Below, piece after piece: positions 50,045-62,438 of a DNA stretch of 64,000 bases. The first letter of the stretch is position 1. Each line of letters starts with the position of its first letter. Made by a program: the position numbers and the translations under genes. This DNA is from Scenedesmus sp. PABB004 (Eukaryota). The notes under the pieces were generated by a model. It did not search any database. It saw nothing but the letters and a program-made list of their open reading frames with translations, and was not told the DNA's origin. The stretch is from the NCBI GenBank assembly GCA_014905635.1, contig JABVCE010000018.1, positions 62,001 through 126,000 of the forward strand, read 5' to 3'.

Positions 50045-52517
50045 CCCGCCGCCGCGGCCCGGCTCAGCGTCGGCCGCCGCCCCCGCGCCCGCGCCGCGCC
50101 GGCCGCCGCCCGGGGCCGCCTTGGCGCCGCGGCTGCCGGCGGCCCTGCCGCCGTCCGCGACGGGCGCCTGGCCGTTGGCGGCGCTCGACGTGGTGACGGC
50201 GGTGCTGGCGGTGCTCAGCCGCGAGTCGGGGCGCTCGGTTCCCCCTGCCTGGGCCGCGGCGAGGCTGCCCGGCGGCAGCACCACCAGCCGCGGCAGCTGC
50301 AGAGCCACGAGCAGGTCCGCCAGGGAGTGGCGGTTGGCGCACGCGACGTCCCACTCGTGCAGCAGCACGAGCAGCCACCGGCCCTCGCTCGGCGTCAGGT
50401 CTGCGGCGGCGGCGACGGCGGCAATTCAGTGCGCCGTGGCGTGGGGCCCCGCGCCGCCGCGCGCCGCCGCACGCCCACCTGGCAGCGCTGCACGCAGCGC
50501 CTCCAGCACCTGCAGCCCGCCCAGGGCCCCGCCTGGGCCGGCGGCCTCGTCAAACGCTGCCGCCGCCGCGGCGCGCGCGTCCCCGCGCAGCTCGCGCCGC
50601 GGCCGCAGCAGGGCTTCGTTAACCGCCAGGTCGCGGCCCTGGCGCACGGCCTCGTCTGTCACCGGCGGGCGGCGAGGAGGGGGGGGGGGTGGAAGGTGCG
50701 GCGCGACCCGAGCGGCCGCGCGCACACGCACGCTGCGCCCGCCCCGCCGCGCGCGCTGGCTCACATGCCGCAAGCAGGTCGCGCAGCGCCGCCTCCACCT
50801 GCTCCAGGGCCAGCCCGCCGCCCTGGCCGCCCTGCGGCTGCGCGAGGCCCAGCCACGCCGCGAGCTCCGCCGCCTCCTTGTGCGACGCGGCGGGCAGCGC
50901 GGTGGCCAGCAGCGCAGCCAGATCGCGCGGGTCGACCGTGCAGGCGCCCGCGCTGCTGCAGCCGCCGGCGACGCAGTCGCCGCGCGCGCCGAGCTGCTGC
51001 AGCGCCTCGGCGAGCCGCCCGCCGTCGCCGGGCGCGCGGCGGCCGGGCCGGGGGCTGCTGCGCCCGGCAGCGAAGGCCTCCGCGGCGGCGCGCAGCACGC
51101 CGTCGAGCCGCCCACGGCAGCCCAGCTGCAGCGCGGCGCTCGGCGACGGTTTGAGGCCTGCGGGCGCAGGGCGAGGCGTGAGCCGACTCAGCGGCGCGTC
51201 GGCGGCGCGGGCGCGCGCGCCACGGCCGTCGGGCCCGGGCGCCGCCGGCGTCGCGCCGCTCACCCACGGGGCGCGGCCACTGGCCCTGCGGCGGGTCGCT
51301 GAACACGCGCCCGCTGGGGCGCTCCCAGAGGAAGCAGGCGCCGCCGTCCGTGAGCGCCTCCAGCAGCCAGGTGCCGGCGCCGCCCTCGTCCTGGCCGCCT
51401 GCCGCGGCGCCGCCGCCGAGCGAGGCGCCGCTGGCGAGGCGGGTCTCGTAGAAGCGCACGAGCTGCTGCAGCTCCTTGATGCTGGACGCATAGTGAGCAG
51501 CCGTCTCGGCCGGCACCGCCGCGGCCAGCGCCGCCTGCAGGCGCGCGGTCTCCTCGCGCAGCCCCACCAGCTCCTCCTGCTGCGCCGCGAAGCGCCGGCC
51601 CGCCTCCTCGCTCCAAAACTCCTGCTCCGCGGCGGCCTTGCGCGCCGCGCTGCGCGCCGCGGCGCCGCCGCCGAGGCTGCGCTCCGCCTTGCCCAGCTTG
51701 CGCACGAGCGCGCGCTGCTCGCGCAGCGCCGCCTCGGCGCGGCGGCGGTGCTCCTCGGAGGCGGTGCGGAAGTCGGTGGCGCGCCGCCGCTCCCTGCGCG
51801 CGTGGCGGCGACGGCGTGTGGGCGTGCCGGGTGCGGCGGCGCGGCGGGGAGGACGCGCGCACAGCATGGCGGCCTGGGGTGCCGCGCTCGCTGCCCCACC
51901 TGGCCAGCTTGCTCGACAGACCGCTGTTCTCAGCCTCGAGCTGCTGGATGCGGCGCTGGGCGTCCAGGAGCTGTTGCGCGGTGCCGCCGCGCGCGCCCTG
52001 GTCGGAGCGCAGCAGCGCGCGCTTGGCCGCCTCCTCCGTGCGTGCCAGCTGCGCCGCGAGCCTGGCGGCGGCGGCGGCGGCGGAAGAGGCGGCGGCGGCG
52101 GCGGCGGCGGCGGCGGCAGCTGAGACCTGCAGCCGCGGCGGCGCGCGTGCGGGGCTGCGGCGCGCGCGCGCAGGCGGCGGTCGCTGCGTACTGCTTGATC
52201 TTCAGCTCATCGCGGCCCTCCTTTTCCTTGGCTGCCCGGTAGTCCGCGACCATGCGGTGGTAGGTGTCGTGGTCCACCTGCGTGCGCGGCGGGGTGCTTG
52301 GCGGCGGTGCGGGCGGGCTGCGGCGCGCGCCGACGGCGCTGCAGCGCGCGCCCGCAGCGTGCCGCACCGCCGGGTTGCCGCTCCAGACGTGCTTGAGCGT
52401 CGGGCGCTGGGGCACGGGCCCGCTGGCGAAGGAGGCGACGCTCTCGAGGTCGTCTTCGCCCGCGCCGGCCGCCGTCCGCGCCAGCCGGCCGGGCGCGCTG
52501 GCCAGCCGCCCCGCCAT
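44945..52517 (-). CDS. RPGRIP1L: RPGRIP1L/fantom (NPHP8/MKS5)-like ciliary transition-zone protein
   Basis: Long N-terminal coiled coils, then ENVIELVVADATL and FFAWDFYLHDSQATP...YDTTVQYVVEADACLLDYL (first C2 domain), second C2 (LQVAAFDD...LLGVAAVPLAPLAEG..VEGWFEL) and a C-terminal C2/RID-like domain. Confidence 0.8.
45798..45903. repeat. 9-bp coding tandem repeat encoding (QAA)n in the RPGRIP1L-like linker
   Basis: Repeated gcctgggcc/gcctgcgcc units. Confidence 0.85.
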
Positions 52518-52769
52518 GCTCGCTGTTCGCTGGGAGCTGTTGTGTCACACGGCGAGCCACATCGCGCAGAGGGGCCGCGTGCGCGCGCGGGGAGGGCCGG
52601 TCGAGACGGCTGACCGGCGCTGAACCGGCGATGCAGGCCCCAGCGCGCGCCCACGAGTCAGCAACGCACGTGGCGGCGCTACGGCACACGCCCACGCACG
52701 CGCTCCAGCGCCGGCGGGCCGGACCGCAAACCGCGCCGCGACCGCGCCGCGACCGGGCTCGCGCCGCGC

Positions 52770-54074
52770 TCACTCTGCCGGCCGCCGGAACAGGCCGTGC
52801 ACGAACGCGCGGCGCAGCGCCTGCCCGGTCCTGCGGTTGGCGTTGATCACCGTGACCGGCGCCGCCTCGACGACCTCCAGCCCCGCCGCGGTCGCGAGGC
52901 CGGCGAGCTCGGCCGGCGTGAAGAAGTACGCGAGCGTGCCGTCGCCGCGGCGGTACAGGTGCGCCCCGACCGCCTGCTCCGGCGGAATGCGCAGCTGCAC
53001 CATGTCGCCGCGCGCGTGGTCGCGCACGCACAGCAGGCCGCCCGGGCGCAGCGCGGCGCGCGCGTTGGCCAGCATCGCCAGCATGCCCGCCGGCGGCACC
53101 GCGGAGAGCGTGAACATGATGAGCGCCGCGTCGGCGCGGCAGCCCGCCAGGCGCGCCGCGAGCGCGGGGTCTGTGCCGTCCGCGACAAACGACGCGAGCC
53201 GCTCCCCGCCCACGCCCAGCAGCGCCGCCGCGGACGCGAGCTGCGCGAGGCACGTGCCGCTCACGTCGGTCGCGGTTGCGGCCGCGCCCGGCTGCGCCGC
53301 GAGGACGGGCAGGAGGCTGCTGCCGCAGCCCGCGCCAATCTCCACCACGTGCCGCAGCGCCGCCGGCGGCGCGAGGCAGGGGAACTCCAGCAGCAGGTAG
53401 CGGCGCTGCTTGTAGAAGCGGGCGGACGGGTGGGCGCGGTAAAAGGCCTCCCAGTCGGCGCCGCCCGGCGGCGCCGCCTGCGCCACCTGCTGCGTTCCCT
53501 GCTGCTGTTGTAGCTGCTGTTCTGGCTGCTGCTGTTGCGGCTGCTGCTGCTGTCGTTCTTGCGGCGGCAGTTGCGTGTGCAGCTGCTGCGCGCTGCGGGG
53601 TCCGGCGGCTCGCTCCGGCGCCTCGGCGCTGCAGCAGCAGCTGCTGCTGCTGCTGGCCGCTGCCGCCGCCTGCGCGTCGCCGCCGCTGCGCGTCGGCAGC
53701 GACGCCAGCAGCTCGGCGACCGCCGACAGGGGCTCGCCGTCTGGCGACAGCGCCGCCGCGCCGCGCACGGCGGCCGGCGCGGCCGCCCACTGCGCCGACA
53801 GCAGCGACGCCACGGCCGCCAGGTGGTCGTCGTAGTCAAAATCGCGGTCGTGGTACTCCCCCGCCAGCTGCACGGCGTCGCCGACGTACGCGGGGCGCGA
53901 GACCATCGCCCGCCGCTGCTGCGACGCCGGCCGCGCCGCGCTGGCGGCGACGCTGGCCTGGCGCCAGCGCGCCGACAGCACCACGCCTGTGGCGCCGCGC
54001 CAGCAGCCGGCGAGCGCGGCCGGGCGAGCAGCGGCGGCGGCTGCGCGCGGCGCCGGCGGCCGCAGCGGGCTCAT
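52770..54074 (-). CDS. METTL2/METTL6/Trm140-like tRNA m3C methyltransferase, intronless (alternative start 53906)
   Basis: WEAFYRAH...FYKQRRYLLLEFP, SAM motif VEIGAGCG, MFTLSAV, LRPGGLLCVRDHARGDMVQLR, YRRGDGTLAYFF. Confidence 0.88.
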   Translation of the reverse strand: MSPLRPPAPRAAAAAARPAALAGCWRGATGVVLSARWRQASVAASAARPASQQRRAMVSRPAYVGDAVQLAGEYHDRDFDYDDHLAAVASLLSAQWAAAPAAVRGAAALSPDGEPLSAVAELLASLPTRSGGDAQAAAAASSSSSCCCSAEAPERAAGPRSAQQLHTQLPPQERQQQQPQQQQPEQQLQQQQGTQQVAQAAPPGGADWEAFYRAHPSARFYKQRRYLLLEFPCLAPPAALRHVVEIGAGCGSSLLPVLAAQPGAAATATDVSGTCLAQLASAAALLGVGGERLASFVADGTDPALAARLAGCRADAALIMFTLSAVPPAGMLAMLANARAALRPGGLLCVRDHARGDMVQLRIPPEQAVGAHLYRRGDGTLAYFFTPAELAGLATAAGLEVVEAAPVTVINANRRTGQALRRAFVHGLFRRPAE

Positions 54075-54317
54075 CGGCCGGCGCGTGGCGCGGCGCGAGG
54101 GGCTGGCGGGGTGGCGGCGCGCGTGGGTCTGCAGCGAGCGACAAGGACGAGCACGGCCGCCCGTGGCGTCGTTTGACGGGGCGTCGTCGTCGTTCGAGCT
54201 GCCTGCCGGCTCCGCGCAGCGGCGGCAGGCCCCCCTCGCCACTCCTCCTCGCCCTGTACCTGGAGCAGCAACTGCAAGTGCGCAGAGATGGAGCGGCGGC
54301 GATCAGCCACGGCGTGA

Positions 54318-56579
54318 ATGCGGCGCGTCGCCGCTGCCAGCAGCGGCGGCGCGGACCCGCCGCGCGCCGGCAGTGGCGGCCCCCTCGCGGCGGCGTCCGG
54401 CAGGGCGCGGGGCGGGGCGCTGGCGCGCCTCCTGCGCGGCCCGCGGCGCGGCGCGCGGGTCGTCGCGGTGGTCGCGTGTTTGGCGACTCTCGGCGCGCTC
54501 GGCGCGGCGGCGGCGCTCGCCGCGGCCGGCGGCGCCGCGCCCGCCGGCGACGGCGACGGCCTGGCCCACCTGGCCGCCGCGTACCGGGGCCCCGTGGCGT
54601 CGGCGTACGGCGTGGAAGGCGGGTACTGGCGGCTGGACGTCAACTTCACCAGCCCGCGCGTGCCGCTGCTCGCGCGGCCGCGCTTCGCCGCGTCCAACGC
54701 GACCTGCTGGGAGCTCGCGGCGGCGACGCGGCAGCCGTTCACTGCCTTGTACCAGCCCACCGGCGCGCCGCCGGCGGTGCGAGGCCGCGTCGCCGCCGCC
54801 GGCGGGCCGCCGCCGCGGGGCCTCCGCCGCCGGGCCGCGCCCGCGGCGCCGCGCGCCGGGCGGGGCCGCCCACCCGCGCCCGCCCGCGGCGGCGCCCGCG
54901 CGCAGGACCTGCCCGGCGGCGTGCCGCGCGCGCTGTTCCGCTGGCGCGGGCGCATCAGCCGCCGGCTCTTCGACTCGGTGCCCTTCTTGCTGCGCGAGAG
55001 CCCGGCGGCGGGCGGCTGCCCGCACTGCACCTTTGTCCTTCGTTACAAGGTGCTCGGCGGGCAGCTCTACGCCGACAGGGCGCGCCGGTGCGGCGCCGCC
55101 CGCGCGCCGCGCGGCTGCCGCGCCGCGCCGCCGGCGCGCGCCGTGGCCGAGCGCCCGCGGCCGCCGCCGCCGCAGGCGCCGCGCGCTGGACGGGCAGGAG
55201 GCGGAGGTGGCCATGGTGGAGGAGCTGCTGCTGGCCGCGCTGCACATGCACGAGGTCCCGCGCCGCGCCGCCGGCCCCGCGCCGCCGGCGCCGTGTCCCG
55301 GCGGCCCACCGTCTGCGCCGCGCGGCGCCACCATCCCGTCCTGCGCCCCCCGCCGGCCGCAGGTGCCTGACGTTGACTTCCTGCTCCACATCGGCGACGG
55401 CGCCCCGGGCGGGCTGCCGCTGGTGCAGGCGAGCGTGAACCGCAGCGAGGCGCTCGGGGGCTTCACGCTGCCAAAGTACATGTGGCGCGACGCGCTCGGC
55501 CTGCACCAGTTCGCCGTGCTCGCGCAGTGCCTCGCGGTGCGCGCGCCGTGCCGCGGCGGCGGCGCCGCCGCCACCGCCGCCGCTGCCACCGACGACGACG
55601 ATGCCGCCGACGGCGCGCCGTGCCGCACGCGCAGGCGCGGCACCCGCCGCCGCCGGCGGGGCGCCGCGTCGGCCGCGCGGTGTGGCGCGGCAGCGCGACG
55701 GACCCGGCGCACGCGCTCGTGGACGAGGGCAACGCGCTGCGCGTGCTGCGCGCGCGGCTGCACCTCTTTGGCGTCTGGTACCCCTCGCTGTTTGACGCCC
55801 ACCTCACGGCATTCCCGCAGCAGGCGTTCGAGACGAGCTGCGTTGAGACGCTGCTGCCGCCGGGTGCGTGCCGCCGTTGCGGCACCGGCGCCGCGCGCGC
55901 CGCCTCTCGCCGCGGCCGCGGCCGCCGCCCCGGCGCGCCGCCGAGCGCCGGCCGCGCCCGGCGTGCAGGCCCGGCGCTGCCGCTGGAGGCCTTCAACGGC
56001 TATGCGCTGGTGCTTGACGCCGACGGCAACAGCTGGAGCGACCGCTATCGACTGCTCGCGCACGGCAACACGCCGGTGCTCAAGCAGGCCTCCAACCTGA
56101 GCGGCTTCTTCGAGCACCTGCTGCCGCCCGGCGTCGCGGCCGAGCACTGGGCGCCGGACGCGTCCGACCTGCCCGCGCGCGCGGCGGCGCTGCTCGGCGA
56201 GCTCGCCGCCTCGCCCAGGCGGCTCGTCGCGATGGCGGGTGCGCCGGGCGGCTTCCTGGGCGCGGCCGGCGCCGCGCGGCGGCGCGGGGGACGCGCGCTG
56301 GCCGACGCGTGCGCCCGCCCGCGCGGCTGGCCGCGCGGCGCCGCAGAGCGGCAGCAGGGCCTCGCGGCGCTCCTGCTGAACCAGGTTGCACTCGCGCACG
56401 CGGCCGCGTGGACGCTCGCCCGGGTCGCGGCGCTGAGCGACTGGCGCCCCGCGCGCGAGGAGGGCTACGACCTGGTGCCCTTTGCGCGCTGCTGCCCCTC
56501 TGCGGCCGCGCTGCCGCGCGAGTTTGTCGCCGCCGTGCGCGCGCGCGGCGAGGCGCTGGGGCAGGCCGCGCCGGCGTGA
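54318..56579 (+). CDS. Glycosyltransferase family 90 (CAP10-like), type II membrane protein
   Basis: N-terminal TM segment, VPDVDFLLHIGD, AVWRGSAT, YALVLDADGNSWSDRYRLL, PVLKQ, FFEHLL. Confidence 0.8.
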
Positions 56580-56902
56580 GCGGCGCGCGCGGCGGGCGGC
56601 TGCGGGGAACTGCTGGCTTGAACGCGGTCTGCCCCGATCGCAACGCCGGCGCGCCGGCGCCGGCACCGGCGCCGGCGCCGGCCCGACAGCGGCGGCGCTG
56701 CGGTGACGCCGTCAATTTTGTCAGTTGACGAGCGCCAGTGGTCGCCGCCCGCGCCTCAGCCGTCAGCCCGAGCAATCACAAAGGGGCAGCGCCACCACGC
56801 CGGGCCTGGGAGGCGCGGCCGAGAGCTGGCGAGGCCCGCACGGCGTCCTCTCGGGCAGCCTGTGCAGCTCGGCGCCCTCCCGGGCGCGGGGAGCGCGCCG
56901 CC

Positions 56903-58471
56903 ATGCCGTGTGAGTGCCGGGAGCCCGTGAGCCCGCGTTCCTGCTGCGTCTCGGCCTGGGCGTGGGCGTCACCCGCCGACCGCTGCTGCCGCCGCCGCTG
57001 CCGCACGCGTGCTGCCCCCCGCCGCCGCGTCCGCAGACAAGGTGCAGCCCGGCAAGGAGCTCGCGCGGATGGAGGCGGCGGTGGAGCGCAAGCTCAGGGA
57101 GCTGAGCGTGCTCGAGGCGGAGAACGAGCGCCTCGCGCTGGAGCACCAGCTGCTCTCGTCGGCGGCCGAGCTCCTCCACTGGCTGCGCCGCCAGCAACGC
57201 CGCGCGTCCGCGGCGCCCGGCGCGACCGACGGTGCCGAGCTCAGCATGGCGGCGGATGCGGAGCTCGTGCCACTGGCGGAGATGCAGCTGCTCGAGCAGC
57301 TGCAGGGCCTCCCGCTCAGCAGCAGCAGCGGCAGCGACCCGCGCTCGCCGTCTTCGTCGAGCGAGGCCTCCAGCGCCGCGCCGGGCGGCGGCGGCGACGG
57401 CGGCGGCGCTGCCGCGAGCGGGGGCGCCGCGAGCAGCGTCGGCGGCACCGGCGGCGGCGGCGGCGGCGGCGACCCCGCGTCGCGCACGCTCGCGCCCGAG
57501 GGCGACCCGCTCGCGCTGCTGCGCACCCTGTTGGGCCAGCCGCCGCACCCGCTGGCGCGCACCCTGAGCGTCGAGGCGCTGCGCGCCGACTACGGCGGCG
57601 TCATCCGGGAGCTCGCGCTGCAGCTCCAGCTGCTGGACAGCCCCTTTGCGGGCGAGCTTCATTCAGAGCATCCGCTTGCTACGATCACGAACGTGCTGTC
57701 GCGCCACCTGGCCATCATGACCTCCCTCGCGCTCCTCGGCCGGGATGAGCTCGCGTCGCAGTTCTCGCTGACCAACGCCGCGACGGGCGAGGCGGTGGAG
57801 GAGCAGCGCCCCGAGGTCTACGCGTGGGCGGTGCGCCGCCTCGGGCTGAGCGCCGCGCAGCAGCGCCGCATCGTCGCGTGCGTGCGCGTCTTCCGCCGCC
57901 TCGCCGAGCCCGTGATCGCCGCCAAGGGCGAGCTGCAGAAGCAGCTGCGCGGCGGCGCGGAGGCGGCGGCGGCCGACGACGCGCCGCCGCCGCCGGAGGT
58001 GCACGCGGCCGGCGTCGGCGCGGCGTTCGCGGACTGCCGGGCGGCGGTGGTGCAGCAGCAGGCGCGATTCATGCAGGCCCGGGAGCACCAGGCAGCGCAG
58101 CTGCGTTTGCTCAACGTTCTCTTGAAAAAGGAGGCGTTTTTGCGTCTTGCTGTCTCGGCGAGCGCGCACGGCTGCCTGACCTGGCCCCAGGCCGCCAAGC
58201 TGGTGAGGGCTGCGCGCTGCGGGGCAGCAGCGGCGCCGGCCCGCCGCCAAGCCCGCCCGCCCGCGGCCGTCCGCGCCGCGCCGCGCAGTCTGTCATCGTC
58301 TGGCCGTACGCCCTGCATTACACTGAGTTTGCGCGCGCCGTGGAGCTGCTGTACGAGGAGGCGCAGGCGGCGCAGCCCGGCGAGGCGGCGCCGCAGAGCG
58401 GCAAGGCCGCGCCCGGCGCGCGCGCTGCGTCGCCGGTGCAGCCGCGGGAATCGGAGGACGCCTCGGGATGA
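56903..58471 (+). CDS. Coiled-coil / bZIP-like chlorophyte protein, 3 exons (56903-56909, 57037-58202, 58289-58471)
   Basis: Zipper-like LRELSVLEAENERLALEHQLL; helical C-terminal region LGLSAAQQRRI...LTWPQAAKL|SVIVWPY. Canonical GT-AG junctions keep the frame. Confidence 0.65.
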
Positions 58472-58685
58472 GCGCCCTGGACTGCCGCGCGAGCACGTGA
58501 GCCTGGCCAGGCTCCGTCAGCACGTCAAACTGCTCTCACTGCAGCCTGTGGGACCTCCTCTGATACTCACAAGCGCAGGCAAGGCTGCACAGCACCTGGT
58601 GGGCACCGTTGTATCGACGGTGACGCGGGCACTGCCACTTCTTGACCACGCTTCCTGACCGCGCATGTCAACGGCGATCGGCTGA

Positions 58686-58746
58686 ACCGTGGTGCACAGT
58701 GTGCACAGTGTGCACCACGGTGTGCACACTGTGGTGCACAGTGTGC
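58686..58746. repeat. GTGCAC-based palindromic array with a 13-bp perfect stem
   Basis: 58686-58698 accgtggtgcaca pairs with 58709-58721 tgtgcaccacggt; five GTGCAC hexamers. Confidence 0.85.
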
Positions 58747-58868
58747 TGCTGCCGTTGCGTGCACGCGCCGCGCGGAGCGGCGTGGGAGCGAGCGCGCCTG
58801 ATGAACGCCGCACTGCGTCACACACATGGCCGTGCCCCGCGCGACGCGCGCCAGCCCGCACCCCTGGC

Positions 58869-61379
58869 TCACAGCGCGTCGCGCGCCAGCAGGCGCAGCC
58901 GCAGCGCGGCAGAGGGGTCTGCGGCCGCGGCGGCGCCACCGTCGCCACAGCAGGCAGCGGCGAGCGCGTCGCCGTCGACGCTGGCAAACGGCAGCGGCCC
59001 CCCGCCCTCGCCGCCGCCGTCCTCGCCCTCGCCGCCGTCCTCGCCCGCGCCCTCGGCGGCGGCCGCGGCCGCGGCGGCGCGCCGGTAGCCCCTGTAGCTG
59101 GCGCACGCCGGCAGGCGTGCGAGGCGGCGGAGCGAGCCGCCGCACGAAGCGGGCTGCAGCAGCTGCGCCGGCGGCGCCCCGCCCGCCTCCGGCTGCGCGC
59201 GGCGCTGGAGCTGCAGCAGCGCGTGTGCGGCGGCCGGTGGCAGCAGCTGCACCGCCGCCACGCCGCCGCTCGGGGAGAAGCACCACACCGGCGGCCCCAC
59301 CGCGCCGCCGCCGCCGCCGCCGCCGCCAGCGTCGCGGTCGAGCGGGCGCGCGTGCAGCCCCAGCTGCGCGGCGCACATCAGGGCCGTGCCCGGCGCGGGC
59401 GCGCACGCGGCCGAGATGTGCAGCCGGGGCGCCGTCGCGGCGCCCAGGTCCAGCAGCCCAGCCTCGCTGGCGGCGCCCGGTGCGGGCTCCAGGCCGCCGG
59501 CCGCGGTCGCCGCCGCGGCCAGCGCAGCGCGCGCGGCCGCGGCGTCGCCCCCGCCCCCCGCCGCGGCGCCCGGCGGCATCGCCGCGCCGCCGACCGCCGC
59601 AGCCCAGGGCGCGGCCTCGCCCTCGCCCAGCCACGGCTGCGCCGCCTCTGCCAGCAGCCGCTGCTGACGCAGCCGCGTCGCCCGCGCAGTGGGCGCGGTG
59701 TCGCGCACACCGGCCTCCCAGGCGGCCACGGCCGCGCGCGCCGCGAGCGCCTGGTGCTGCGCCTCGGCGCCCAGGTCGCGCTGCAGCAGCATCAGGCCCA
59801 CCGGGTGCGCCGCGACCAGCAGCGTGTGGTGCCCGGGCGCTGCCCCCGGCGGCGCGGGGGCCGGCGCCGGGGCGAGGTCGATCGCCATCACGCCGCTGCG
59901 GTCCACGCCCACCGGCAGCAGCGTCACGCGGCCCGAGGCCGTCGCCGCGACCTGCAGCACGGCCACCGACCCCAGCGCCTCCAGCGCCAGCAGCCGACTG
60001 CCGCACGCGCGCAGGCTGCCCACCACGCCGCCCGCGAGCGCGCGGGAGGTTGCCAGCTCCTCAACGCTCAGCGCGCCGCACTGGGGCGCTGCTGCAGGCG
60101 GCGTGCCGCCGTCGCCGTCGCCACCGCCGCCGACGTCGCCGGGGCTGCCGGCCCCAGGCACGGCAGCAGAGTCGTCGATGGCCATTGCCTGCGCCTGCGA
60201 GGCGGGCGAGCGTGCGCGGGCGCGCGTGGGCGCCCGCACGCGCGGACGCGGCGCGGCACGGCGTGCGCGGCGCAGCGCGGCGCCCTACCTCGGCCGCGGC
60301 CGCCAGCTGCCCCTCCACGCCGCGCCGGGCGGCCGCGGGGTCGACCACCAGGCGCATTACGCTCACGCCGGCCTCGCAGCCCACGGCCAGCAGCGGCAGG
60401 CCCGGCGGTGCGCGCGGCGGGCCACCGCCCGCGGCCGCGGCCGGCGCGCTGGGCGCTGCTGCGCGCTGCCGCGCCGCGCCCCCGGCCGCCGGCGCGGGGG
60501 GCTGCTCCGGCGGGGCGAGCACCTCCGGCACCACCGCGCACAGGCTGGCCGGCGTGACGCTGAGCGGGTGCATGCCATGCAGCACGAGCTCGTACCGCAG
60601 CGCCCCAGCCCCAGCCCCAGCGCCGCCCGCCGGGCTGGCGGCGGGCGGCGCCGCGGCCGGGCCCGCCTCCGCCAGGCTGGCCTGCAACTCAAACACGGAC
60701 AGCATCCCCACCGCCACGTCGACGCCCGCCACCTGCTCCTGCGCCTGGTGCTGCTGCGCCTGCTCCCGCTGCTCGGCGTCCGCCGCGGCGCGCGGCGGCG
60801 GCTCCGCGTCGGGGGGCAGGTCAACGCTGACCGTCGAGCCCAGCACGATGAAAGGCGCCGCGACCAGGGCCTCGCCGCCGCCGCCGCCGCCCGAGCCCGC
60901 CCGCCGCCCCGGCTGCGGCGCCTGCTGCGCCGCGCCGCCGGCGCGCGGCAGGTCCAGCACTGCCAGCGCCGTATAGCTGTGCCCCGGCGCCAGGACCAGG
61001 CTCAGCAGCGGCGCCAGGCTGCGCGCGTCCAGGAGCACCAGCTGCTGCTGCTGCGGCGGCGGCGCGGCCGACGCGTCCGGCCCCTCCGCGTCTGCCTGCA
61101 CCAGCAGCACGAGCGTGGAGGTGGCCGCGTGCAGCGCCATCGCCAGCGGCGTGCCCGGCAGGCCTCGGCTGCGCCAGCGCAGCTTGTGCGTCGCGTCGAG
61201 CGCGCCAAAGCAGAGTCGGCTGGCGGTCGACACCCACGCGAGGCTGTGCGGCATGTCTGGCGCGTGCACCGCCGCCGCGCCGAGGCACGCCTCGCTGCCG
61301 CAGACGCGGCTCACCAGCAGGCAGTCGGTGGCGGCCAGCTGCTGCAGCGGCTCGGACGCGCCCTCCCCCTCCTGCTGCG

Positions 61380-61429
<50 letters not shown>

Positions 61430-62382
61430 TGCTGCTGCCACGCGCGGCTCGCCAGCAGGGCCGGGGCGGTCCGGATCACCGCGCCGCCGCCGCCGCCGCC
61501 GCTGGCGTGCGCGTACACGCACGGCGCGTCGGGCGCGCCGCCGTCGCCGGGCTCGGCGGGCGGCAGCCACAGCGGCTGGAGGCTGATGCTGGTGGAGCTG
61601 ATGCGCACGGCCCTGCCATGCACCAGGCGCCAGCGGCTGCCGGCGGGCTGCTGCGAGGCCGCCGTGAGCTCCCAGAGCAGCACGCTGCCGCTGTTCGTGC
61701 CGACGAGCAGCACGTCGCAGCCGCAGCCGACTGGCAGCAGCGCGACGCTGCGCGGCTGCTGCTCCCCCAGCTGCAGCGTCGCGCCCGCGTGCAGCTGCGA
61801 GGGCTGCGCGACGCCGGCGGGCCAGGGCAGCAGCTGCAGGCTGTTCTCCACCCACAGCCCCGCCGCCACCACCAGCTCGCCGCCTGCGCGTGCAGCGGCG
61901 GCGTCAGGCAGCAGGGCGCGCGCAGCTAGCAGCGCGCCGCCGCGAGATGTGCGCCGCGCGCCGCCCCCGTCCCGGGCGCGAACCTGACAGCGTCAGCAGC
62001 GCGAGCGCCGACGCCTGCTGCGCGAGCTCGCAGCTGCCGAGCTCGCGCAGCTGGCCGTCGCAGCAGCCGACGGCAAAGCAGCGCAGCGTGCAGCCGCACG
62101 CCACCACCAGCGCGCTGCCTGCAACGGCCGCAAGGCTCACGCTGGCGCCGGTCGGCTGCCACTGCTGCGCCAGCTGGCGCTCGGGCGAGCGGTCCAGCAC
62201 CCACACCCCGTCGGGCGTGACCTGCAGCAGCCAGCCGCCGGGGAGGCCAGCGAGCAGCAGCGAGCCGCCGGCCTGGCGCAGGCCCGCGAGGTGGGCCTGC
62301 TTGAAGGTCGGGCCCGCCAGCGACAGCACCTCGCTCATGCCGGTCGAGGCAAAGCTAAACCCCAGCAGCGTGTGAGGCAGCG

Positions 62383-62438
<56 letters not shown>

